A stretch of DNA of 64,000 bases from Octopus vulgaris (lineage: Eukaryota): NCBI GenBank assembly GCA_951406725.2, contig OX597815.1, positions 151,156,001-151,220,000 on the forward strand, given 5' to 3'. A program made the position numbers and the translations under genes. The first letter of the stretch is position 1. Each line of letters opens with the position of its first letter. The notes beneath the pieces were generated by a model, which was given only the letters and a program-made list of their open reading frames with translations, was not told where the DNA came from and ran no database searches. Of the stretch, positions 1 to 11,906 are shown one piece after another.

Positions 1-174
1 CAGACTAAATGTTAATTTTTTTTTTCTTTTGTTCTTAATTTGGTTGGCGATATTTCTCTTGAAAATGTGTCTATCACTCATTAGTCAGAGTCATTAGGCA
101 ACTGAAAAGAAATTATGTATTTCTTACCACAATGATACACACACGGACAAACACACACACACATACATATGTAT

Positions 175-214
<40 letters not shown>

Positions 215-365
215 AGGTTATGTGGTAAGAAGTTTGCTTCCCAACCAAATAGCTCTGGGTTCAATCCCACTGCATGGCACTGTGGGTAAATGTCTTCTAC
301 TACAGCCTTGGACTGACCAAAGCCTTGTGAGTGGATTTGGTAAATGGAAACTAAAAGAAGCCCAT

Positions 366-407
<42 letters not shown>

Positions 408-679
408 CTTGAGCCTTTGTGTCTGTGGTTGTCTTCTATACTGCTTGAGAACTGGCATTGGTGTGTTTATATCTCTGTAACTTAGCAGTTTGGCAAAAGG
501 GACAGATAGAATAAAGTACTGGGGTCAATTCATTTGACTAAAATTCTTCAAGATGGTACCCCAGCATGGCCACAGTCTAATGACTGAAACAAGTAAAATA
601 AAAATTATATATATATATAATCATCATCATCATTTAACGTCCACCTTCATCCACACTGCTATGCCCACATGTATATATA

Positions 680-739
<60 letters not shown>

Positions 740-3700
740 TCGAATGTGGTCAATGCCAGTGCCAGACTGGCTCCCATGCCGGTGGCACATAAAAAGCACT
801 CGCTACACTCTCAGGGTGGTTGGTATTAGGAAGGGCATCCAGCTGTAGAAACAATGCCAGATCAGATTGGAGCCTAGTGCAGCCACTGGCTTTCCAGAGC
901 TCAGTCAAACCATCCAACTCATGCTAGCATGGAAAACAGACGTTAAACAATGATGATGATGACGATGATGAAAGGCAAACTCGACCCTGGTGGAATTTGA
1001 ACACAGGCAGACGAAATATCACTAAGTATTTCACCCGGTGTGCTAACGTTTCTGCCATCTCGCCGCATTATCCAAATTTTTCGCTACCATTTCAAATATA
1101 GAGGAAAATAAATTCTTAGTTCCAATATGAATATATATCCTGTTTGGCATTCTCTAAGAAAAAGAAATAAATTTGGCACAGGTATGGCTGTGAGGTTAAG
1201 AAGCTGACTTTGAAATGAAGCAGTTGAAAGTTCAATCCCGTTGCATGGCATCTTGGACAATGTGCCTTTAACTGACCAGTGCCATGGAAATGAGATTTGG
1301 TAGATTGGAAACTGCTGAAAACTCACCACACATGTGTGTGTATGTGTGTGGAAGGGGTACCAAACACACACACACACACTGTGTACAGTCTATTAAAGGT
1401 GTAACTCAGATCAGCTTAGCCAGTGAGGAAACAGAAATTTGACAAAAGGTGTATCAGGTCTAGAGTAATGAGATTGATGGAAGTAAAAAAAAAAACTCAC
1501 AAAGGTGGTGCCCTAGCATGGCCACAGACCTATCTCTAAAACTAATAAATCAGGAAATTAAACAGAACCTGGAGACTGTAAATCAATGGTTCTCAATCAG
1601 GGTCCAAATGGCTCTTGAGGGTCCACATAAAATTGGGGGGGGGGGTCTACATAACAAAATAAATAAATTGGGGGTTCACAATACTATTTTAAGGAATCCT
1701 GACAAATTTTTTATTTAAATGTATATATTGGTATGCATTGCAAGAAACATCATCATTTAAAGTCTGTTGTCCATGCTGGCATGGGCTGGACAGTATGACC
1801 GGGGCTGGCAAGGCTGGAAGGCTGCACCAGACTCCAGTCTGATATGGCATGGTTTTCTACGGCTGGATGCCCTTCTTAATGCTTACCACTCCGAGAGTGT
1901 AGTGGATGCTTTTTATATGCCACTGGCACAGGTGCCATTTGCATGACACCAGTATTTGCCATGACTGCAATTTTGCTCAGCTTGATGAGTCTTCTTCTCA
2001 AGCATGACATCATGCCAAAGATCTCAGTCATTGCCTCCATGGGGCCCAAAACTTCATAGGAACTCAGCCACTTTGCTTCCATGAGGCTCAATGCTTGAAA
2101 GGAACTCAGCCACTTAGCATCTGTGATGTCCAATGCTCAAAAGGAACTCAGCCACTTAGCATCTGTGATGCTCAATGCTCAAAAGGAACTCAGCCACTTT
2201 GCCTCCATGAGGCCCAATGCTTCAAAGGAAAGTTTGTGTAAAAAACAAAATAGGAATTTTGAAAGAAGTTTCTATAAAACTAGTTGTTAAACATCAAATG
2301 GCTACAGGGACCCACCAGAATAAAATAGCAATCAAAGGAGTCAATAGATAAAAAATAGTTGAAAACTCCTGCTCTAGCCAATAGTATTGGACCTATATTT
2401 CACTTAGTTTGCAAACCATGTGGCCATACTGGGACAACATTTTCTATGGTTATTGTCACTTACCACCATCACCATCATCATCATCAACCTGCAAGTTATT
2501 TCTTTGATTTGTAATTATTTCACAGACAGGCATAGCCGGGGCTGTGTGGTAAGTAGCTTGCTTACGAACTACATGGTTCCGGGTTCAGTCCCACTGCGTG
2601 GCACCTTGGGCAAGTGTCTTCTACTATATAGCATCAGGCCGACCAAAGCCTTGTGAGACGAAAACTGTGAGCCTTGGTAGACGAAAACTGAAAGAAGCCC
2701 GTCATATATATATATATATATATATATATGACGGGCTTCTTTCAGTATATATATATAATGTATGTATGTGTGTGTGTGTATATGTTTGTGTTTGTCCCCC
2801 CAACATCGCTTGACAACCAATGCTGGTATGTTTATGTTCACGTAACTTAGCGGTTCAGCAAAAGAGAACGATAGAATAAGTACTAGGCTTACAAGGAATA
2901 AGTCTCGAGGTCGATTTCCTCGACTAAAAGCGGTGCTTCAGCATGGCCACAGTCACATGACTGAAACAAGTAAAAGAGTAAAAGAGACATGATGGTGGCA
3001 TGGAAAAAGCACCATTCAAACGTAGTCAATGCCAGTACCACCTGACTGGCCCTCGTGCCTGTGGCACGTAACAGGTTCCTTTCAAGTGGTTGATGTTAGG
3101 AAGAGCATCAAGCTGTAGAAATTTTGCCAGATCGGATTGGAGGCTGGTGCAGCCTTCTGGCTTGCCAGCCCTCAGTCAAACTGCCCAACCCATACCAGCA
3201 GAGAAAGCAGACGTTAAATGACAATGATGATGATGATGATGATGATGACAGAATAATAGAAAAGAAAAACAAAATCAACCACAGGTGCAGGCATGGTTGT
3301 GTGGTTAAGAATATCGCTTCCCAGTAACAAGTTTCAGGTTCAGCCCCACTGTATGACATCTTGGGCAAGTGTCTTCATACAAGAGCCCTAAAGCCTTGTG
3401 AGTGGATTTGGTTAACAGAAACTGAAAGAAGGCCATACTGTGTGTGTGTGTCTGTGTGTCTGCATGTGTGTATGTGTGTGAGAGACAGAGAATGCTAGTG
3501 TCTCATTTTGACATTGCATGGTAGTCGTAAATGAGCGCCACCAATATACAAGTGGCATTCTTTATTTCCAATCTTCTAAGTGAATGTGTCTGGCCATGAG
3601 GAAAAATTATTTTGATTGAAAACAGGTAAGAGTTGGTGAGAAGGGCATTGGGCTATAGAGAACCTGTCTCGATAAATTCCATCAGATCCATACAAGCATG

Positions 3701-4084
3701 GATTAGTAGACGTTAAAGCAATGATGATGATGATGATGATGAGCCTCAGTGAGATTTGAACTTGGAACATAAAGAAATACAAGCAAATACCACAAGGTAT
3801 TTTGTTTGGCACTACCGACTCTGCCATCTGCCTAACACTAAATTACTCACAGAAAGAGATTAAAAAGAAGTTAAAAAAAAAAATTATTAAATACACTCTC
3901 TCCTTTTATCATTGTCTCGTTCTGTTAATTAACAAATATTAACTACTAGAAATAGACTGAAAGAAATTAATTAATTAACATATTTCTGCAGTAATTAGTT
4001 CAGCTGAACATTATAACTGGAATTGCTCTGATTGCCATTCCTATGACAAATAAAAAGTATGACACAAAATGTTTTCATGCAAGT

Positions 4085-4126
<42 letters not shown>

Positions 4127-5590
4127 GCAGATGCAATTGTATGTGTGTGTATAAATATACATGCATACATTCATACATATATACACACACACACACACTG
4201 ATACAATTGTATGTTTGTGTATAAATACACATGCATACATACATACATGCATATATAATATGTACACACACAGATACAATTGTATGTGTGTGTATAAATA
4301 CAATGCATACATACATACATAATACGTACATACATACACAAACACAGATACAATTGTATCATCATCATCATCATCGTCGTTTAACGTCCGTTCTCCATGC
4401 TAGCATGGGTTGGACGGTTCGACCGGGGTTCTGGGAAGCCAGAAGGCTGCACCAGGCTCCAGTCTAATCTGGCAATGTTTCTACAGCTGGATGCCCTTCC
4501 TAACGCCAACCACTCCGTGAGTGTAGTGGGTGCTTTTTACGTGCCACCTGCACAGTGGTATATATGTATGTATGTGTATAAATACACATACATACATACA
4601 TACATACACACATACATAATACGTACATACATACACAAACACATACAATTGTATGTGTGTGTATATACATACATACGTACATACATACACACACAGATGC
4701 AATTGTATGTGTGTGTATAAATACACATGCATACATACATACATATATACATAATATGTACACACACACAGATACAATTGTATGTGTGTATAAATACACA
4801 TGTATACGTACGTACATACATACATACATGCATACATAATACGTACATACATACACACACACAGATACAATTGTATGTGTGTGTATAAATACGCATACAC
4901 AATACATACTTATAGACATACATTCATACATACATTCATACATGCATGCATGCATAAATATACACACACACATGCATACATACATAATATGTACATATAT
5001 GCATAATACGTACACACACACACACACAGAGATACAATTGTATGTGTGTATAAATACACATGTATACGTACGTACATACATACATACATGCATACATAAT
5101 ACGTACATACATACACACACACAGATACAATTGTATGTGTGTGTATAAATACACATACACAATACATACTTATAGACATACATTCATACATACATTCATA
5201 TATACATACATGCAGGTGGCACGTAAAAAGCACCCACTACACTCACGGAGTGGTTGGCGTTAGGAAGGGCATCCAGCTGTAGAAACATTGCCAGATTAGA
5301 CTGGAGCCTGGTGCAGCCTTCTGGCTTCCCAGAACCCCGGTCGAACCGTCCAACCCATGCTAGCATGGAGAACGGACGTTAAACGACGATGATGATGATG
5401 ATGATTCATACATGCATGCATGCATAAATATACACACACATGCATACATACATAATATGTACATATATACATACACACATACATAGATACAATCGTGTGT
5501 GTATATTAATACATATACATACATATAGACATACATTCACATACGTATATACGTACATACCTAACTACCTACATACATATATACATATAC
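4085..5590. repeat. Compound CA/TA/CATA satellite with recurring GATACAATTGTATGTGTG unit, containing a 195-bp inverted repeat
   Basis: Internal direct duplication 4771-4940 vs 5031-5200; inverted arms 4358-4552 and 5211-5405. Confidence 0.9.
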
Positions 5591-6003
5591 TAGTTCATTA
5601 TGGCATATTCCCAATAATAGCTATCACAACATTCATAAATTGATTTAATGAATTAATTAAATTTACTAGATCACAAAACATCTACCATATTTTGGATTGT
5701 TTCATGTATCAAATGAATTTAATTAATTTATGAACTTTGTGATGGATAAAATCCTTGGGTATACTCCATAGTAAATTTTAGTATGAAAAATAAACAGTGC
5801 CAGCATGTCAGTATTATACATACATAAACACATACAAGCAGATTGTCTTCAAGAACATAAAAAGAGAAATTAGCTAAACTGGTTTCAATCCTGTGTTGGG
5901 ATTATGCCAGCAATTGAGAACTTCAACAAATTAGATTAATGGGTTTGCACATACATACACACACACACACATATATATATAATATAATATATATATATAT
6001 AAA

Positions 6004-6149
6004 ATTTAAACACAAAAGAGGTGACCCTTAACAGGCAGCCTAATATGCTAGAAGGAGCAGTCACAACATCCCAAACATCCAAAATGTTTTGACAGCTTCT
6101 TCTAGCATGTAAGGCTGCCAGTTAAGGGTCACCTCTTTTGTGTTTAAAT
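6004..6149. repeat. 66-bp-arm foldback hairpin
   Basis: Arms 6004-6069 and 6084-6149, 6 mismatches, 14-nt loop. Confidence 0.9.
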
Positions 6150-6262
6150 GTACACTAATTTTATATGGGAAATATATTGTCTATTGACTTTTTATACATG
6201 CTAGGGCACTGGTAGTGAAATTTCTAAAATTTTGCTACCCTATATTATTTTATGAATATATT

Positions 6263-6293
<31 letters not shown>

Positions 6294-6688
6294 TCTTTTA
6301 TTCTTTTACTTGTTTCAGTCATTTGACTGCGGCCATGCTGGAGCGCTGCCTTTAGTCAAACAAATCAGCCACAGGACTTATTCTTTGCAAGTTTAGTACT
6401 TATTCTATCAGTCTCTTTTGCTGACCCGCTAAGTCATGGGGGCCATAAACTCACAAACATCAGTTGTCAAGCGATGGTGAGGGGACAAATACAGACACAC
6501 AAATACATACATACATATTCAGAGGACTTCTTTCAGTTTCCGTTTCCACTCACATGGTTTTGGTCAGCCTGAGGCTATAGTAGAAGACACTTGGTCAAGG
6601 TGCCACACAGTGGGACTGAACCCGGAGCAATAGGGGTGGAAACCAAGTTTCTTACTACACACCCACTCCTGCACCATGCTTTTATATA

Positions 6689-6728
<40 letters not shown>

Positions 6729-7258
6729 TAAATGAATTAAAACATATGCATATATATATAAACATATATGTACGTACCTACCTCTACATGTACATATACA
6801 TGCATATATGAGTACAGGACACCAAAGGGATGTCGAACACAAAGAGAAACGAAAACATAGACACAAACCAAAGGAACTGGACATTTTTTTAAAGACAACA
6901 AAAAATGGAGTACAGGACAATTAACACAACGAAAAAAACCCTTCTTCAGTCACTAAGGTTTCATCTACTCTACGTTTCGAAGGATAAAAGCAAGACGTAT
7001 CTTCGACAAGAAACTTTCCTTCCTGCGAAAAGCAAATCAATTAAAATTCTGAGATCTTTTCGCAGAGGAGTAAAAAATGGTAAAAAAATGGTTAAAAAAC
7101 AGGACAGTAACGACAGTACAAAAATATAAACAGTAAAAAAATAAACAGTAAAAAAATATAAACAGTAAAAAAATAAACAGTAAAAAAATATAAACAGTAA
7201 AAAAAAAATATATATATATATATGTATATATATTATATAACATCATCATAGCGTCCAT

Positions 7259-7309
<51 letters not shown>

Positions 7310-8371
7310 TACATAAATGATATATATATAAAAATACTTAATTACAGTGTGTGTGTGTGTGTTTGTCTGTGTGTGCATGTGTGTATGTGTATGTGTGTGT
7401 GTGTGCATGCACGCATGCGTTTGTTCCCCACCACCACTGACAACTGATGTTAGAATGTTTACATCTCCGTAACTTAGCAGTTTGGCAAAAGGAACTGATT
7501 AGAATACCAGGCTTTAAAAAAAATAAGTATTGGAGTCAATTCATTCAGCATAAAAATTCTTCGAAGCCTTGCCCTAGCATATATATACAGAGAGAAAGAG
7601 AAAGAGAGAGAAAAAGAGAGGTAGAGAGTAAGAGAGAGGTAGAGAGTAAGAGAGAGGCAGAGAGTAAGAGAGAGGCAGAGACAGACAGAGAGGGAGAGTG
7701 TGTAATATTCTTAGCAGCTAGTTTAATTGCCAACTAATTGTGTTCACCAACATTTACAATCATGATTATCATCATCATCATCATTGTCATCATTTCAAAG
7801 ACTATTTTGATATGCTTGCACAGGTCAGAGTCAGATAGCAGATTTTCTACAGCCTGAAGCCATTCCTGTTGCCAAGCTTCTCCTATTTCCAAGCAAGATA
7901 AGATTTCCCCAAGGCCAGACATGTTTTCACAGAAGACTGCAAGTAAGCGACACTGTTTGGATGATGATAATGGTCGTTGTCGTCATCGCTTAACGTCTGC
8001 TTTCTATGCTGGCATGGGTTCGATGGTTTGACTGAGGACTGGCAAGCCAGAAGTCTGCACTGCACTGCACTCCAATCCAATCTGGCAATGTTTCTACAGC
8101 TAGATGCCCTTCCTAATACCAACCAGAGTGTAGTGGGTGCTTTCTACATGCCACTGGCATGAGGGCCAGTCAGGTGGCACTGTCATCAACCATGTTCGTA
8201 TGGTGCTTTTTACATGCCACTTGTACAGCAGCCAGTCAGGCAGCACTGACATCAACCACGCTTGTATGACGTTCTCATTCCTAAGGTATTTTTTTCGATG
8301 TTGTTATTATTATTATTATTATTATTATAATTATTCAGGTCACTGCCTGGAATCGAATTCAGAATCTTGGG

Positions 8372-8407
<36 letters not shown>

Positions 8408-8893
8408 GAGTGAGAAAGCAGTGCATGCCATCAAAGTGACACTGGGGTAAAATATATGAAGCCCAGTATACCCATATGATAAGGGTACACTAGGCACATG
8501 CATCACAACCATGTGTGCGCGACATGATGATCTCATATCAAGATAAACAGCACATGACCTTACAGGCGGGGCCCAGTTAGAATTTTCTTCTGGTCGAGTA
8601 GCCCATCCTGCTCAAAAGGTCCCTGAATAAGGGTTGTTTAAGAATGTTGAATGAAACACCCATGTTTCCAGAGGTGAATTATTCAAACCCCAAAGAATCC
8701 CTCTCAACACATGGCTATGATGCTCCCCCACTACTTCTGCTCATGATCAGAGATGCACATATTGTCAGCCACTAAGGGACATGCTCAACTGGTTACGGTC
8801 AAACAATTGACAAGCAAATCTGTGGTATTGAGCAGAATATTTGCTGTAGCCCATCTTTTATACCAAGACAAAACAATGTACATAACACTTCCT
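8408..8893. mobile_element. ~480-bp unclassified insertion bracketed by (TTA)n
   Basis: Complex sequence sharply bounded by TAA microsatellite on both sides; no second copy in the window. Confidence 0.4.
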
Positions 8894-8909
8894 TTATTAT
8901 TATTATTAT

Positions 8910-8951
<42 letters not shown>

Positions 8952-10450
8952 CAGCAGCAGCAGCAGTAGCAGTAGCAGCATCTCATATTATGTTATGTAG
9001 TATTCCCTCGAAGTCTATATCGACAATTTAAGATAAAAAAAAAAATTCAATGATTTCAAGGGAGGCAATTTCAAGGGAAATAACTAAGAAATAAAAATAT
9101 GGAGTTATTGTCCCTGTTAATGCTCTTCGCCGTAGTTGGTTTTATTTTCGTTTTTCAGTTCGAAAGAATTTAGACTGTTTTTAATGATAAACTTTAAATT
9201 AAATATTGCTGTCACTGATTTTAATGTTCCTAATTGTAATAATAAACCACCAACACTGGTCGCTTTTCTTTCTTCCATCACAGTTGACAAACGATGTCTT
9301 TATTTGCATTCTTCGATTCCAGTGCATCTCAGTATTTTCTATAACAAGAGTGGGCTAACCCCTCCCATTACTCCTTCGTTTCTGGAGAAAAAGATCCTGT
9401 GAGTGATTCCTCAAAACCCTCCTCACAACACCACTGGAACCATTTTAAAGATAGACAGGGGAGAGAATAGAAGAGAGAGAGAATAGATGACTCCAATAAC
9501 TGATTGATACTTATCTTATCAAACCTAGAAGGATAACAGGCAAAAATTGACCTGAGCCAGATTTGAACTCAAGACATAGAGAGCCAGAACAAATACTGTA
9601 AAGTATTCTATCCAATATTCTGCCGTCTCTGGCAGTGTGCCACCTTTCTGACGAGCTATACCTTAACTCCATGTTTTGTAGACGAGAAATACTTGGCTAA
9701 TTTATTTTCATAATTAGATGTGTACCGATATTGTAATATACCAGTGGATACTCAGTCGATTCCAGTTCAGTTTTAATGCTAAAGCGAAAACATTTACCAA
9801 AATTTGCGTGAAGCTATGTACATGTACATGCGTAAGTGTGTGTGTGTGGGCATGAACATCATTACACTACCTTCCCACAACTGACAACTTCACCAAATCC
9901 CAACTCTCAAACTAACCCTTTTAACTACCTGTAATGGATTCCTCATCATCATCATCATTTAACGTCCATTGTCCATACAGGCATTGATTGCACAGTTTCA
10001 CCAGGGCTGGCAAACTGGAAGGCTGCACCAAGCTCCAGTCTGATTTGGCATGGTTTTCTACTGTTGGACATCCTTCCTGACGCCAACCACTCCATGAGTG
10101 TAATGGGTGCTTTTACGTTCCACCAGCACAGGTGCCATTTGCAAGACACTGGTATCTGTCACGACTGGGGTTTTACTTCGCTTGATGGGTCTTCTTCTCA
10201 AGCACAGCATAATGCCAAATGGATTCAGTCACTGCCTCTGTGAGGCCCAACACTCAAAGCCCAGCATAATGCCAAATAATCTTGGTCCATGCATCTGTGA
10301 GGCCCGACGCTTGGAAAGTGCTTTTACATGTCACTGGCACAGGTGCCGTTTGCGTGACAACTCTTGAAAACAAAATATAAAATCAATATGGAAAAATATC
10401 AATCTACAAAGAGTAAAAGGCTTAAAAAGAGATAAATTGACAATATAAAG

Positions 10451-10706
10451 CAGTGGTTCTTTACTATTTTTTACCTAGAGATCCCTTTGGTTCCTGTTTT
10501 ATTCAAGTGGACCCTCAAAGCCATTCCATGCTTTAAAAAATCCTATATAGTTAAATATTATTGGGAATTGTATTTTTAAAATTGTTAAAATATTTTGTGT
10601 ATTGTAGAAGTATAATGAATTTATTGTTCATAAGTCTTTAAAAATCTTAAATGGGCCACTACTCCACCCAACCCAATGGTCATATGGCCTTGGTTAAGGA
10701 CCACTA
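10451..10706. mobile_element. hAT-like MITE
   Basis: CAGTGGTTCTT / AAGGACCACTA termini with 8-bp TSD ATATAAAG/ATATAGAG; a similar element at ~1584-2370 is interrupted by family A. Confidence 0.65.
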
Positions 10707-11825
10707 ATATAGAGCATCATTGAGAAGTTGTCATATATGTATGAGGACAGTTTCATACAATAAACTACAAGATAATTTATTAAGATAATTTATTGTAGTG
10801 CACCTGAGCACTGTACACAATGTTTATTATTATTATTATAAGATTTTCCTTGCTAAAGCAGGAGTTTATTATACTGGACCCATGACAGTTTAATCATTGA
10901 TCACCATAGTTCCACAGTGTTTTATGGCCAGACAGCCTTCCTCACACCAACACTTTTAAATGCCTCTTACAACTTGAAGAGATACAGTGTACCTTTTCTA
11001 ATACTGAGATATGATGTACTTAATGAAGAAGACCCCTTTCGTCATGAATGACCATGGGACTGCACCTAGAAAATTACTCTCTGAGGCACAAGTCCAGGCA
11101 AGGTTGTTTTTTATGGAAGACCAACAGTCGCCCATTCATACCAGCCTCCCTTCTCCATGCCACCAGTGTTATCCAAGGGAAAGGCAAAGGTCGATACAGT
11201 TTGCAACTCATTTCTACAATTGAGTGAACTGGAGCAACGTGAAATAAAGTGTCTTGCTCAAGAACAAAACATGCAGCCCGGTCCAGGAATCGAACTCACA
11301 ACCTCACGATCATAAGCTTGACGCTCTAACCACTGAGCCATGTGCCTGCACTGTACTTAATATACCTCTTCTAAAACAGGGGTGCAGTGTATGTAAGAAG
11401 GATACAGTGTACCTATCTTAAAACAGAGGTACATCATGCAATAAACTATTAAGAAATAAAATGGCAAGCAAATTACTATTTTCCAAAATATTATCAAAAT
11501 ATATAAGTAGTTGGGTGGTAAGAGCGAGTGTGTGTGTATGTGAGTAAGAAAAGGTAGATTTGAGTGTGAGTGAATGAGAGTGTGCACATGTGAGTGTGTA
11601 TTGTGCTACAAGAGAAAGACTGAATCTCAATAAGAATGACTTCACAATAAACAGAGACAACAATATTGTGCAACCCCTCAGCACCGTGACCAACACCACT
11701 AGGACCACAAGGAGGAGAAGGAGGAGGAGCAGTAAGAGAAAGACATGAGGAGGAGAAGGAGGAGCAGTGAGAGAAAGGCACAAGGAGGGGGAGCAGTAAG
11801 AGAAGGGACACATGAAACTACTTAC

Positions 11826-11906
11826 CGGCCAGAAGGGAAGAAAAGCAACGTAGGGTATGTATCCGCAGTGTACTCCCATGGTAAGTCTTCCGTATCACCA
11901 TTGATC
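11826..11906 (-). CDS. TXNDC11: TXNDC11 exon 13
   Basis: ttatttag|(R)[28 protein letters not shown]|gtaagt; 81 nt; ends in phase 2, so the gene continues. Confidence 0.95.

Noticed and set aside
3995-5643. Cluster of long overlapping ORFs (up to 227 aa) rich in Y/V/C/M/H/T
   Set aside because: These are translations of CA/TA/CATA satellite with no protein-like composition or splice context.
11275-11350. tRNA-like sequence with A and B boxes
   Set aside because: It continues directly into the family D SINE body, so it is a SINE head rather than a tRNA gene. The same applies to the other tRNA-like heads.
1-11800. Expected next TXNDC11 exon(s) (end of the Trx fold and C-terminal coiled coil)
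   Set aside because: No phase-2 exon with matching sequence was found by eye. The candidate acceptor near 9385 hits a stop within 15 codons. The exon is probably outside the window.
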